DNA of 64,000 bases from Eledone cirrhosa (taxonomy: Eukaryota), in NCBI GenBank assembly GCA_964016885.1, contig OZ024746.1, positions 56,234,001 to 56,298,000 of the forward strand, written 5' to 3'. The translations under genes were made by a program, and so were the position numbers. The notes below the pieces were generated by a model that was given only the letters and a program-made list of their open reading frames with translations, made no database searches and was not told where the DNA came from. This document shows, piece by piece, positions 1 through 13,119 of this stretch (positions within the stretch are counted from its first letter, which is position 1; each line of letters begins with the position of its first letter).

Positions 1-29
1 TAGTTTTGTCCTGCAGAAGACCCATCAAA

Positions 30-1947
30 ATGGGCATTAGAATGTGAGGACTATTCGGACGCTGGAGAAGAGGAAGGAGTTAGGACATCTGTTCGAGGAG
101 AGTGGTATACAGATACTTGCGATCCAAGAACACAGGATCCTATACGATGAGCACGTGAGGAGTGTGATGATTGGGAAAATGAGCCAGCTCATCACCTCAT
201 CGGCAGTGAGAAACATGACCAATACTGCAGTGGGAGGAGTGGGTTTTGTTTTCAGCACAAAAACCAGTCTATTGGTGAGGGAAATACTAGCTGTCTCCCT
301 GCGAGTGTTGAGGGTGACCGTCAATGGAAATCCAAGACTGAGAGTCATCTAAGCCTATAGTCCAAAAGAGGGAGACACTGATGTGAGTGCAGAAGAGTTC
401 CATGAGGAGGTGTGTAGGGCTGTCAACACCACACAAGCACACAACATCCTGCTTGCTTTGGGGGACTTCAATGCACATATGAGTAAGGAGGGCAGTGAAG
501 ATCCTTGCTGGTACTTCCATAACAACACCAACCGAAATGGAAGACTACTGAGAGATACCCTGCTGGAGGTGAACTTGGTAGCGACCAACCTAAGGTTTAG
601 GAAGAATCCGGGGAAGATGTGGACCTACTTCTCATATATGCACCTGTCCAAGTCCCAGATTAATTTCATTCTGGTGAGGAAAAACTGGCGGAATAGTGTT
701 CTGAACACAGAACCATACAACTATTTCAGTACTCTGGGTATTGACCACCGGCTTCTTATGAGTGCGGTCCGGGTGAGCTCAAGAAAGAGTAAGGCTCAGC
801 CCCGGAGAGCAATCTATGACTGGGGAGCTTTCAAGGAAGATGATAAGCTACAGGAAAGGTTCACAGTGGAAGTGAGGAACAGGTTCAGTGCTGTGTTGAG
901 AGACAGATGAGAGAGATATTGGATGTACTGAGGAGAGTGTGACGAGGAGGTACAGGCACTTCACCAATGCAGGGTGGAAGCAAGTGAGACCCTGGTGCCG
1001 AGGATAAAGAAAAATAGGAAGCACGTCAGCTCTGCAGATCCCAAAGTGTGTGCAGCCAGAGAACACCTGAAAGCTGCCAAGGACCAATTCTATGCTGATC
1101 ATACGGAGGAGAGGATGGAGACTGTGGTGGCCAGAGATGAGGCACTGATAAAGAAGATCAGAAGTGTGGAGAGAGCGGTTGACAGGTCTGGATGTGAGGA
1201 GAGCTGGATGATCATCAACGAGATCACAAGGAGGAAGAGAAGGTGTTCGAGTCAGATCCAGGGAACAGGGCCCGAGGATAGGAAGAGGAAATGGCTAGAC
1301 CATTTCAGGACCCTATTTGGAGAGACGCCCTCCACAGGCCAGAGCACTGGAGAGATCAGGCGGCTGTTTGAAGAACTGGATATTGAGACAGAGCCCTTCA
1401 CCATAGAGGAGCTTCAGAGAGCCAAGAAGAAGATCAAGGAGGGCAAGGCTCATGGCGAAGATGAATTGGCATCAGAGGTGATGAAGAGGTGTGATTTTGA
1501 TGATATTATCATGGGGTTCTCTAACCAGGCACTGGAGAAAGAAGTTGCCCCGAATCAGTGGTGGATCAGTAACATCGTCCCACTGCCACAGAAGGGGATC
1601 TCTCTAACACCAGCAACTACAGGGGGGTTTTCACTGACGTCATTTGTGGCAAAGACACTCAACCGGATGATTCTTAACAAGATCCAGCCTAAGGTGTAGA
1701 AAAAGCTCAGGGACATCCAAAACGGCTTCAGCGAGGGAGGATAAACCACCAGTCACATCCTGATACTGAGGAGGTCATGGTTTTCATTGACGTTAGGAAG
1801 GTCTTTGATTTTGTGGACCGTCACTGCCTGATGGAGATCTTACAGGCTTATGGAATCCCCAAAATGATAGTGGACCTGATATCACTGCTATACACCAAAA
1901 CCAAAGCCGAAGTCATTACACCTAATGGGATGACAAAGTTCTTTGAG

Positions 1948-1950
<3 letters not shown>
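30..1950 (+). mobile_element. Decayed non-LTR retrotransposon (APE endonuclease + RT N-terminal half, RTE-like), truncated by (TA)n
   Basis: ORF fragments 44-352 (ILAIQEHR), 383-910 (LGDFNAH, NGRLL, DHRLL), 974-1699 (WxxSNIVPLP, SLTSFVAKTLNRMILNKI) and 1777-1950 ([10 protein letters not shown]); stops and frameshifts between them. Confidence 0.9.
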
Positions 1951-1985
<35 letters not shown>

Positions 1986-2083
1986 GTATAAACATGCGTA
2001 TGTATGTAGATACGTACATACTTACAAACACACATACAAAAAAAATACAGACACACATACATACACACATCATACATACACAT

Positions 2084-2163
<80 letters not shown>
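1949..2163. repeat. (TA)n / (CA)-rich microsatellite
   Basis: Direct reading. Confidence 0.95.
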
Positions 2164-2169
<6 letters not shown>

Positions 2170-2185
2170 TAAAATAACATATTAA

Positions 2186-2225
2186 AGTTTCGCTGCTTTC
2201 ACCCTTAACGGGATCTTCTGAAACT
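2186..2225 (-). ncRNA. Degenerate hammerhead ribozyme motif (family A, left arm; part of stem III deleted)
   Basis: Minus strand AGTTT-CAGAAGA-TCCC GTTAA GGGT-GAAA-GCAGCG-AAACT; U4 is A. Confidence 0.5.
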
Positions 2226-3156
2226 AACAAAGTCAATCTGTAAACGCAGAACTGGATATTTCAAAAAACGTTGCAACCGGAGGAAGACAGGAAGACGATA
2301 CTTTGGTTCGTGGAAACGTTTGCTGGCAAAGAACGGGAAAAAACGAATATAATACGTCATTAATAGGAGCGGTGAAAAACAATTCCGCGCAAAGACAGAA
2401 CCACGTTTATCGTATAAAAGAGGTCGTAGACTAATATTCTCTTAGGTGGTGCATAGAGACGTTCTCTGGCAATGAACGAAAAAAACGAAGATAATACGTC
2501 ACATGTGGAGCGTGGAGAACAATAGCACGCAAAGACAAAACCACGTAAATGGTATAGCAGAAGTTGTAGACTAAAATTCTAACTAGGAGACCGAATGAAT
2601 CTCCGCTACAGAGTTAAGAACAACGTAAATAAATACAATACAGAAGTAATAGAAATAAATAAATACATACACGCAAACAAATACGTACATATACAAGCAT
2701 ACGCAAAAACTTACAATAGGTAAACAAAACCACGCACATATAAATATGTGTGTGTGTGTATGCGTGCATACAAATAAATAAATAATTATATAAACGTATA
2801 TAAATAAATAAATACGTATATAACAAGCGCACACACATACCTAAATGTAAATACACGAATGTTCGGAGACGTAAGTCAACCAAAACATGAAGTACACATA
2901 TACACACGCCCTACATACGTACGAACCTGCATACTCACACAGACAAAACACCCGTATACACATAGCCGAACCATATGTACCAGAATATATAAAAACATTA
3001 TACGCCATAACAATCAAATATACGTACGAGGAGGTATACGTACCTTCACAAAACATACGGGTAATATATACTTACCTATGCAAATAAGTAAAGGTATAAA
3101 CAAAACATATACTTAGCTCCCACATCAAGACGTAAACTATCCACGTATAGATCGTA

Positions 3157-4287
3157 CTATCCGTTAGGGTATAACTTGGGGCTGTAATACAGGAAAGTTT
3201 TGTGCAATTTATGTTTACAAGCCGAAATTGCCTCAGATTTTTTGTTTAAGATGTGGTCTGTGGCGTAGAGTATTTCCAGGGCCTCAGCGGCGCAGAGGTC
3301 ACATGGTCTTTTATTTCCGTTATACAATCTAGCCCTAGCTAGGTTCTCCCAGTGTAACTTATATTGGGTGTGGTTGTCTTTTAGACTCCAGATATAAGCT
3401 GAAAGTGATGTCATATTCCTTCTTAGAGGGTAACGAAAAGAATGGATATGCATGTAAAGACGCTGCTTGAAACTATTGGTGGTTAACCCTATGTAGGCCC
3501 TACGGGACGTGGGTGTTACAACCTTACATTTGTAGACAATGTTACTAGAGAGGCATTTCCCGCATAGGGGGAAATCAACCCGATTCCTACAATTACAGTT
3601 AGTACTAACTACAGGGTTGCACGTGTTCCTACGGCTAGGTAGTTTAGCTAAATTTGAAGCTGTGATGTTATGTGCAAGGTTAGAAGTCGTAGAGTAAAAC
3701 ATGTTAATAGTATTTCTATTAAAAATGTTACTATATTTATGGGTAGGGGGAAAATGCTTCGTAATAAGGGAAATAAAGATCTTACCTAATGGTGTGGCCA
3801 CCTCCATATTATATGGTGGGTTATACCAACGAATGCGACGGGATCTATTTCTACTAGGTCTATTTTCGTACTCTGGATATGCTACCTTATCGACAAATCC
3901 ACTTCGAGCAAGAGCTTCATTGTAATAAGTGGAATGGTCGTTGAAAATACGCTCGTTGGTGGAAAGACGGGAAAGCCTGAACGAAACGTTTCTTACCAGG
4001 TTCTTGGTTATGCTGGCAGGATGGTTGGAATGTTTACTTATGTAATTAAGCGTATCATTCGGCTTTCTATACGGGTAATACAACCCATTCAATAAGTTGA
4101 GGGTAACGTCGAGGTAATTAACGACCGAGAGATTGGCCTCAACCTGTATAGAGTGGTTGAAACCTTTAAAGAAGGCTGTGAGTTCTTTTCTGAACCTGTC
4201 GCAAGCACGAGGTCCGCAATTAGTCATGGTCAAAAGACCATCGTCACGGTACAAATCACCGCCCGCGTTGGGGAATTCGTCCTTCAT
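3157..4287 (-). CDS. PLE reverse transcriptase C-terminal part + GIY-YIG endonuclease (5'-truncated open frame, 376 aa)
   Basis: LYRDDGL (RT catalytic motif), VNYLDVTL, YISKHSNHP, WYNPPY, linker CNCRxxxxFPLCGKC, IVYKCKV...YIGLT...FKQR, CDLCAAE, CKH. Confidence 0.93.
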   Translation of the reverse strand: MKDEFPNAGGDLYRDDGLLTMTNCGPRACDRFRKELTAFFKGFNHSIQVEANLSVVNYLDVTLNLLNGLYYPYRKPNDTLNYISKHSNHPASITKNLVRNVSFRLSRLSTNERIFNDHSTYYNEALARSGFVDKVAYPEYENRPSRNRSRRIRWYNPPYNMEVATPLGKIFISLITKHFPPTHKYSNIFNRNTINMFYSTTSNLAHNITASNLAKLPSRRNTCNPVVSTNCNCRNRVDFPLCGKCLSSNIVYKCKVVTPTSRRAYIGLTTNSFKQRLYMHIHSFRYPLRRNMTSLSAYIWSLKDNHTQYKLHWENLARARLYNGNKRPCDLCAAEALEILYATDHILNKKSEAISACKHKLHKTFLYYSPKLYPNG

Positions 4288-4968
4288 AGAGAAAAGAAGG
4301 AAAAGGCCGATTTGGTTGACTTACGTCTCCGAACATTCGTGTATTTACATGTAGGTATGTGTGTGCGCTTGTTATATACGTATTTATTTATTTATATACG
4401 TTTATATAATTATGTATTTATTTGTATACACGCATACACACACACACATATTTATATGTGTGTGGCTTTGTTTACCTATGGTAATTTTTTACGTATGCTT
4501 GTGTATGTACGTATTTGTTTGCGTGTATGTATTTATTTATTTCTATTACTTCTGTATTGTATTTATTTACTTTGTTCTTAACTCTGTAGCGGAGATTCAT
4601 TCGGTCTCCTAGTTAGAATTTTAGTCTACGACTTTTGCCATACCGTTTACGTGGTTTTGTCTTTGCGTGCTATTGTTCTCCACGCTCCACATATGACGTA
4701 TTATCTTCGTCTTTTTCGTTCATTGCCAGAGAACGTCTCTATGCACCACCTAAGAGAACATTAGTTTACGACCTCTTTTATACCATAAACGTGGTTCTGT
4801 CTTTGCGCGTAATTGTTTTTCACGCTCCTATTAATGACGTATTATATTCGTTTTTTCCCGTTGTTTGCCAGCGAACGTTTCCACGAACCAAAGTATCGTC
4901 TTCCTGTCTTCCTCCCGTTGCAACGTTTTTTGAAATATCCAGTTCTGCGTTTACAGATTGACTTTGTT

Positions 4969-5019
4969 AGTTACAGAAAATCCCGTTAAGGGTGAAAGCA
5001 GCGATTCTTTGCTTAAACT
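4969..5019 (+). ncRNA. Degenerate hammerhead ribozyme motif (family A, right arm)
   Basis: AGTTA-CAGAAAA-TCCC GTTAA GGGT-GAAA-GCAGCGATTCTTTGC-TT-AAACT: all three stems present, core mutated. Confidence 0.55.
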
Positions 5020-5126
5020 TTAATCTGTTATTTTAATAAATATTTGCTCTACGGTTCTTATCTATTTGATATATATTTATCCTTATCGAGCCCTTTTGGG
5101 ATTTTAGTCTTCAAATTTATTATTAT

Positions 5127-5284
<158 letters not shown>

Positions 5285-5625
5285 GGGACAGAGATTTCTG
5301 TATCTATTACTGCATTTAACTTTGTGATGCTCACATGCAGACACTAGCAAAAACACTGACTTACACATATTTACGCATACAGAAACACACAGAATCACCC
5401 ACACGAAGTCAGAGTCAAATCACAAACGCAAATATGCTACCATATGTAAATATATACAATGTTATTAATCCTCTCATAATATCATGAAAATATAATTAAG
5501 TTTCAAGTGTCTGTTAATAAAATTCACGTAAATATTTATGTATATTACGGAGACGTGAGATAACAAATACAACATAATTAACATAAATATCGCTACGTTA
5601 ATTTATCATTATTTATCATTATTTA

Positions 5626-5849
5626 TCATCCTTACGGGGTCGATAAAATAAAGTACCAGTAATGTACTGGGTAATTGCTGGCCTTGTGCCAACGGTAGAA
5701 ACAATTATTTATCAATGAAATGAGTTCAAATCCCGCCGAGGTTGACTTTGCCTTTCATCCTTACGGGGTCGATAAAATAAAGTACCAGTAATGCACTGGG
5801 TGATTGCTGGCCTTGTGCCTAAAGTAGAAACAATTATTTATCAATGAAA
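5626..5849 (+). mobile_element. Two tandem 5'-truncated copies of the main tRNA-derived SINE
   Basis: B-box GTTCAAATCC at 5724; core CTTTCATCCTTACGGGGTCGATAAAATAAAGTACCAG shared with other copies in the window. Confidence 0.85.
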
Positions 5850-5887
5850 GAGATTAATGATGGAATGATATGTATATAATATATATA

Positions 5888-6774
5888 CGAGGTGTGTCAG
5901 AAAAGTTCCAGGACTGATGTCACAAAAGATTTATTTCAAACCCCAATTTTACACTAAGAGTTTTCTCCTTCAAAGTAAGACCCCCTGGAGTCTAATGCAC
6001 TTTTCCATCATTTTCTGCCACGTTTGCATGCACTCCTGGAAGGATTATTCTGGGATCCTCCGCTGTTCCATCGCCACGGCCTTTTTGATGTCGTCTACGT
6101 CTTCAAAACGGGTCCCCTCCTGGTCGTACTCGAAGATCCATGACCGGTGATGACTGTCCCTAGCAAGTCTGGTTCAGTTTCATGACACTCGAGGATGTCC
6201 TGGCACACTTGCATGAGTCGACCCTTCTGGTCATCGTTCAGCAGTGTTGGCACCATCTTCGCGCAAACTTTCCGCATGTCCAAACCAAATCTTCAGTGAT
6301 AATCTTCCAGTCGCTGTCCCGATTCATGCCCAACTCATTTGCTATCAGTCAAACAGTCAGCCGACGATCGCTAAGCACCATCTGCCTGACGCGCTCAACG
6401 TTGACCTCAGTCCTGGTTGTTGAGGGCCTTCCGCTCCTGGGGTCATCTTGCCCCACTCAAAAAGCACGTGAGCGTGACATTGTCTGATCTCTATACACTT
6501 GCTGCAGCAATCCCTGTGCTTCTGACGGAGTTTTCCCTAACCGTACCAGAAACTACAAGTTTGTTCGTTGCTCTGTGCTCATTGCTTGACGACCTGGAAC
6601 AGAGGACATGTATATAAAATTATGAAGAAAAACGTTTGATCGCTGCAGAGAGCTAAGATTACAGTTACACACTCCAGGGGGATTACTTTGAAGGAGAAAA
6701 CTCTCTGTGTGAATATTTGGATTTGAAATAAATCTTTTGTGACATCAGTCCTGGATATATTCTGACACACCTCG
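5888..6774 (-). mobile_element. Internally deleted Tc1/mariner DNA transposon
   Basis: About 54 bp TIRs (CGAGGTGTGTCAGAA...TTCTGACACACCTCG) with TA on both sides; transposase remnant MRKVCAKMVPTLL...VITG on the minus strand. Confidence 0.92.
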
Positions 6775-6903
6775 TATAACTAGGTAATAATGAAGATTGT
6801 CGGCTGAAGACGTCTTCATCTCCGTAAGACTAACCGTAGGCATGTTTCATGTATTTAAACGAAAATGTGTTTTGGATGTGATTTTTATGGTCGAGCTTAG
6901 TTG

Positions 6904-7036
6904 AGAAGAAGAAGAAGAAGAAGAAGAAGAAGAAGAAGAAGAAGAACAACAACAACAACAACAACAACAAGAACAACAACAAAAACACCCAAGAAAAACA
7001 AAGAAGAAGAAGAAGAATAATAATAAGAAGAAGAAG
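6904..7036. repeat. (GAA)n/(CAA)n/(TAA)n compound trinucleotide repeat
   Basis: Direct reading. Confidence 0.95.
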
Positions 7037-7751
7037 TGAGAGCGAAAGCTATTTTAGGTTGTAACGTAATATGTATAAAAATAACAACAACCATTTATCC
7101 TTAGGTATGATATACATAGTGTAAATATCAGTTATATATACCCTCGTTAACTGGGGGTCAAATATATTCGAAGGCATCGACTAATTCGTCCAGACTGTGT
7201 CTTTAACTCTGGCATCGATGAACATCCAGTAATAGACAACGTAGCGGATGTAAACATTGGTAAAGACAAAATAAGACGAAAATATATCTGGTAACCTTAA
7301 TGCGAAAACTACAGAAACTGAAGCCGAGTTATAACTTCAAATTTATAGCTGTCGTTATTGTCAACCATCTTATGTGCCCGAGGTCTTTCAGTATATGCCG
7401 GAAGAGCTTTAGTTTCGGAAAATCAGACAGGACGCAGATTACAAAGACGTTAGCTCGGTACGACATCAATGGTACACTAAATTATGTAAAACAGTTTTAC
7501 GCTAGAAAATATTTATAAAAACCTAATATATAATATCTAAGTTCTAAAAACCTATGCCAAAATATACACCTATACACAGGAAATAACGTGTATATGTACA
7601 AATACATACAAACACCATCATGTCTTGGCTTCTCAAACGATGATTATGAAGCGGATTGTCCTCGTTGACGGCAGGTACGCCCATTGCTATTCAAGTCAAT
7701 GTAGCGGAAGGTGTGATTAGGGATGGATGAGTAGTTGTTGTGGCTCTTCAA

Positions 7752-7890
7752 TGTTCGTAGATGTTGTCGGAGAGATATGATGCAAGATTCAAATGCTGTC
7801 TGATGTTAGGCCTCTGCCTCTCTGCTTACGTTTCAAGTAAAGGCGGTCTATGTCACTGTTGATTGTGGAAGTTTCCAGTGTTGTTTAGTA
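7752..7890 (-). mobile_element. Fragment of R4/Dong-like LINE, inverted copy of 11738-11876
   Basis: Reverse complement matches 11738-11876 and starts at the same base next to (TACA)n. Confidence 0.75.
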
Positions 7891-7996
7891 TGTATGTATG
7901 TATGTATGTATGTATGTATGTATGTATGTATGTATGTATGTATGTATGTATCTATGTATGTATGTATGTATGTATGTATGTATGTATGTATGTATG

Positions 7997-8600
7997 CTAC
8001 TGGTAACATGTATCCAAGTACAACCTGTCTCATGGTCAGGTCGTTGGCGACTAAACTGGCAACCCCACCAAGGTTTCTTGGTGAGGAGGATGACTTTGGA
8101 CATCCTGCAGGACTAAAAACAAAACCTGTCAAATGGCAAAGGAGCTCTTAAGAGTCAATGGCTATCCAAAATCACTGGGATAGATGACCCCTTAGTCTTT
8201 GTCAAGGCAGAATTCTAGGAGTAGGAAAACTCTGATATATCACCTGCAACCCTGATGGTATCCAATGATGTTGACTTGTTCCTCTTTTTGGTAAATATCA
8301 TCTTGGTTAAGAGAGTGGGACTAGCTTTGTGCAGTGCCTTTGCTCACTATAAAAGCTTCACGGCACAGGCATTGCTTTATATCTGGAGATCTCTCTGCAC
8401 TTGTCATCACATGGTACCATGGGCCTAGCACTATGTGTCAATAATTGTCACAGGTGTAGTGTTTGTACCAGAGTTTTCAAGTCGCTGGCTGGACTAAAGT
8501 CACATTCGTTCAGCGCATCGGTAGGAGTTCTCCTACATGGATATAAAGTAGTGACCGTACTCGAAAACGAGTTGGCAGCCACCATGTATGTATGTATGTA
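7997..8600 (+). mobile_element. Internally deleted RTE-like LINE (putative 5' UTR fused to last zinc finger and 3' end)
   Basis: CSVCTRVFKSLAGLKSH remnant; 3' end TACTCGAAAACGAG..GGCAGCCACCATGTATG matches 10058-10090; (ATGT)n on both sides. Confidence 0.65.
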
Positions 8601-8629
8601 TGTATGTGATAACCTGTATGTGATAACCT

Positions 8630-9953
8630 GGGGCCCCTGCCGTTATTGCCAATTTTGAATGCATTTTCTGACGCTTGCACTGCCCTAGTTCTGACTGTCA
8701 GTCTCAAGAAAACCGTCGTCATGTACCAACCTGCCCCTGGTAAGCAGTACACTGAACCAAACATCTATGTGTATGGCAAACGACTTGGAGTGGTTGATCA
8801 GTTTGTCTACCTGGGAAGCACTGTCAATCGGTACAGCAGCCTTGACAGTGAAATCTCACTTAGGATTAGGAAAGCAAGTGATGCTTTCGGAAAGCTAGAA
8901 AGGCGACTCTGGGGTCGGCGAGACATATGCAGGAGGACAAAGGTAAAGGTGTACAGGGCTTGTTTGCTCTCTTGTCTTCTTTATGCCTGCGAGACCTAGG
9001 TCACATATCGACACCACCTTAAGCAATTGGAGCGTTTCTATCAGATGTGTCTCAGACGGATCCATGGCGTTCACTGGAAGGACCACATCAGTGATGTCGA
9101 GATTTTGGAAAGCTCTATGTGTGACAGTATAGAAGCTATTGTGCTTAAGCAACGACTCCGTTGGAGTGGTCACCTTGCCAGGATGAAGGATTCTAGAATA
9201 CCAAATAACTCTTTTATGGAGAGTTGATTAAAGGAAAATGATCGCCACATAAACCAAAATAGAGGTATAAGGATTCCTTGAAAGCCTCTCTGAAAGACGC
9301 TAACATCTCTGCTGATACATGGGAGAATATTGCTGCTGATCGTAATAAATGGAGAAAGACTGTATATGAGGGAAAAGTTGCCTTTGAGGCATCTCGAATC
9401 GCATACGAGAAAGTAAAGCGGGATGTGAGGAAGGACATTGCTGTTGCACTTCCAGACGGCGAGTGTCCTCCTATGGTGCTGACATGCAGCGTATGTGCGA
9501 GACTCTGCCTAAGCAAAGCTGGACTCGAAAGTCATCTTCGCATCATAAAGTAAGACCAGTGGTTGACTACCAGGCTGCAGTTGGAGATGCTACTCATCAT
9601 GCTTGCCAAACATGTGGTAGAGAATGTAAATCAGCAGGAGGGCTCAAGCAACATGCAAAAGTACACGAACTCCAACCACAGCCGACTATTCCCAGTGAAT
9701 GTTTTGGTTGCCGACTCTGTGTAAGACATTTTAGATCATTGGCTGGGCTAAAAAGCCACATACGATCGCAGCGCTGTTAGTTGCTATCGTGTGTGTGTGT
9801 GTGTGTGTGTAGATATGCTTATGTGTGTGCGTGTGTGTATATATATATATATGTATATGTATATTATTATTGTTATTATAATTATTATTATTATTGTTAT
9901 TAATGTATGTGTGTGTGTGTGTATATGTGTGTGTGAGTGTGTGTGTTTATGTG

Positions 9954-9984
<31 letters not shown>

Positions 9985-10090
9985 CTTTTTTTTTTCTTTT
10001 TATTTATTTATTATTATTATTATTATTATTTTTTTTTTTTTTCTCGTGCCATGTCCATACTCGATAACGAGGGGGCAGCCATCACCATGT
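8630..10090 (+). mobile_element. 5'-truncated RTE (BovB-like) LINE: RT C-terminus + three C2H2 zinc fingers, (ATGT)n tail
   Basis: [56 protein letters not shown]; fingers CSVC..H, CQTC..HAKVH, CRLC..H. Confidence 0.9.
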
Positions 10091-10147
10091 ATGTATGTAT
10101 GTATGTATGTATGTATGTATGTATGTATGTATGTATGTATGTATGTA

Positions 10148-11672
10148 TGCATGGGGACATAGAAATAATCGGGCTGGATACCTGATCGCGTGGTTAAACT
10201 GTATTCGGTGGTGAGTCTCCATTTCGAGAATTCTGAAGTTCTAGGGAGTATGGTGTTACGCCTTAGTTATCATTACTTCTAGGTCCGTAAACCGTGGTCA
10301 ACGGGCATCTTCTCATGCAGTGTGAAAGGAATGAAAATTGAATGCTGCTCCATCGGAACCAGGCTAGACAGAACATTTCATAATCCTTGGCGATTTTAAC
10401 TCCACAATGAGCCGAGATTATTTACTTAGAAAGGAGTGCTTTGGAGATATTGCGTTGGCAACAACAATGACAATTGGTGCTTGTGTTCTGCGCAGCAAAT
10501 CAACTTGTCATCACGAACACCATCTTCCAAGATTAGGTTGAAACGTGGCAGTTTCCATTCAGCTGACTTGCAGGCATTACCGAACATGGATATGGATATC
10601 TCGAACCTTACGCTGGAGATTATTGCATATGAAGCTTGAATGCAGCTTTCTTCGCAGGATAATATGGCTGAGCTAAGTGATCCTGGTGGCTGTATCTCTT
10701 CTTTACTAGCACATATTGAATTTTATTTTTGCTTTCGTTAAACCAGTCTTTGTTCTTCTTTCAGGAGAACCCAAGGACATCCCCAGATGTCTGCAGAATG
10801 GAATTTTCAGTGGTTTCCAAAGAGTTTCTAGGGGAGAGATGTTCGGGAATGTCTGCAAGTCAGCTTTCACTTCAGCTGAATGGAAACTGCCAAGTTTGAA
10901 CCTAATCCTGGAAGATGGTGTTCGTGATGACAAGTTGATTTACTGCGCAGAACACAACAAGCACCAATTGTCATTGTTGTTGCCAACGCAATATCTCCAA
11001 AGCACTCCTTTCTAAGTAAAGAATCTCGGCTCATTCTGGAGTTAAAATCGCCAAGGATTATGAAATTTTCTTTTGCAGTGGTGCCCTGAAAGAGACTATG
11101 CAGATCAGAGTAAAACTTCTTCCTTTCCAATGGATTTGCCCAAAGGGTTGGAGCTTATACATTGAAAAGAGTGGCACATTTGTTATTCTTCATTAGGATG
11201 TCTATAGAGAAGATGCGATTAGAAATATCTCTTTGCAGGTTTTCAAGCTTGGAGGCTATAGATTTCCTGACCATAAAGCTAAATCAGAAAAGGCTCTTTC
11301 TGTTGCTCGCTTCCCTGACAAGTAGAGGGTGGATCCGGTGTCTTGATTTTGTAGGCAACGTTCCTCTGGAATGCGGACGTCAGTCTTTGTAGCTCGTGTG
11401 TAATTAGAGCAGATCGACGTATTTGACGACTGCTGTAGACTCTCTAGCTCTCTAGCCTGGCTCCGATGTACCAGCATTCAATTATCATTCCGTTCACACT
11501 GCATGAGAATATGCCCGTTGACCACGGTTTAAGGACTTAGAAGTAATGGTACCTATGGCGTAACACCATACTCCCTAGAACTTCAGAATTCTCGAACTGG
11601 AGACTCACCACCGAATACAGTTTAACCACGCCATCGGGTATCCAGCCCGATTATTTCTATGTCCCCCATGCA
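10148..11672. repeat. Fold-back (inverted duplication) of an RTE-like LINE 5' end / APE fragment
   Basis: 10148-10348 is the reverse complement of 11472-11672 and 10375-10587 of about 10843-11066; APE motif FIILGDFNS on both arms; flanked by (TGTA)n and (TACA)n. Confidence 0.85.
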
Positions 11673-11737
11673 TACATACATACATACATACATACATACA
11701 TACATACATACATGCATACATACATACATACATACAT

Positions 11738-13066
11738 ACTAAACAACACCGGAAACTTCCACATCAACAGTAACATATACCGTTTTTACTTGAAAGGGAG
11801 GCAGAGGCCTAATATCAGACAGCATTTGAATGTCGCATCATATCTCTCCGACAACATCTACGAACCTCGAACCGTAGGAGCCCGTCACACGAGAAAGTCT
11901 ATCTGCATGAAACAGATAAGATCATGAGAGTTGGGAAGGAACTCCTCGAGAGATATTCCCTGCGTGATAATCAAAAACTCACACCCAAGGAAGTTGCTCA
12001 GCAGTATGGCAGTGAATCCATGGATGAAAAAACTGCATGCAAAAAATCATGCATGGATATGTTGCCAGAAAGCTCCAGAGTGAGAGTATTATAGATAAGG
12101 AAAGTAGTCTATCTTGGACCAACAACCGCTATATTGGCTTCCGCTTTGAAGTATACGCTTTTGCAATCCAAGAGCAGGAGATTAACACGAAATACCTGAT
12201 TCACAAAAGAGATAGGGATGCAGGCAAAACACCTAGATGTGATAGCAAGTGCAGACACTGCAGAACTAATATATCACCCATGTCATCAGCAGCTGACCAA
12301 GGATGTCATAGCGGTACTATCTACCTATGAGGCATGATGTAGTGGCCAAAACAGTGTACAATGCAGTTCGTAAAAAAGATAACCCCGATTATAAACATAT
12401 TAAAAGCTACAGCAATGTGGAAGACATCCAGTAACATAATATGAAAGAGTACTGGTGGAATATTCCAGTAAAAACCCCAATAAAATGCAGGCATAACAAA
12501 CCAGCTATTATGATATGAGACATCGAGAAGAAAGCATGCACTGTAGTGGAAATTAGCTGCCCAGCTGATGCCAATATAATATCAAACATTAGCGAAAAGG
12601 AGAATATTTATGCAGAACTGATGAGAAATCTGCAGATACTCCACCCTGATTTTACCTTCAGATTTATGCCTGTGATTATTGGGGCACTGGGATATGTTAG
12701 TAACTGCCTCAATACAAATCGTTAGAAGCTAGGCTTCACAGGAACAGAAAGAACACAACTAGTTAGGAAATTACAAGTACAATCCATTAATAGAACAGTA
12801 AATATATGTAAAGCATTCCAAAAATGTTGCATCTAATAACTGCATATACACATGTACAGATACAAAGCATATACACATGCACACATACAACTCAAAACAT
12901 GCACATCCACACGTACAATAACATCCATATCTACACATGCATGCATACATACATATCTACCTAGTTGATGTTGTGGAAATTCCAATGAGAGAGTCTTGTG
13001 TCTATGTTAGAAACCGACTCTCTCTCTATTGGGAAAAAAATTTGTGAAATTATAAAACCAGAAGAA
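11738..13066 (+). mobile_element. R4/Dong-like non-LTR retrotransposon 3' part (CCHC knuckle + restriction-like endonuclease) in (TACA)n
   Basis: MHGY, AFAIQEQEINTK, KCRHC..ITHVISS, RHDVVAK, YWWN, NKPAIMI, VVEISCP, PVIIGALG; several stops. Confidence 0.85.
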
Positions 13067-13119
13067 CATACATACATACGTACAAGCATGGATACATGCA
13101 TACATGCATACGTACATAC

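Noticed and set aside
3157-4287. Selenoprotein-type Naiad (UGA recoding)
   Set aside because: The preserved frame has no in-frame TGA, and I could not identify a convincing SECIS by eye
12619-12630. CTGATGAGAAA as a hammerhead core
   Set aside because: Inside the Dong ORF, with no stem II
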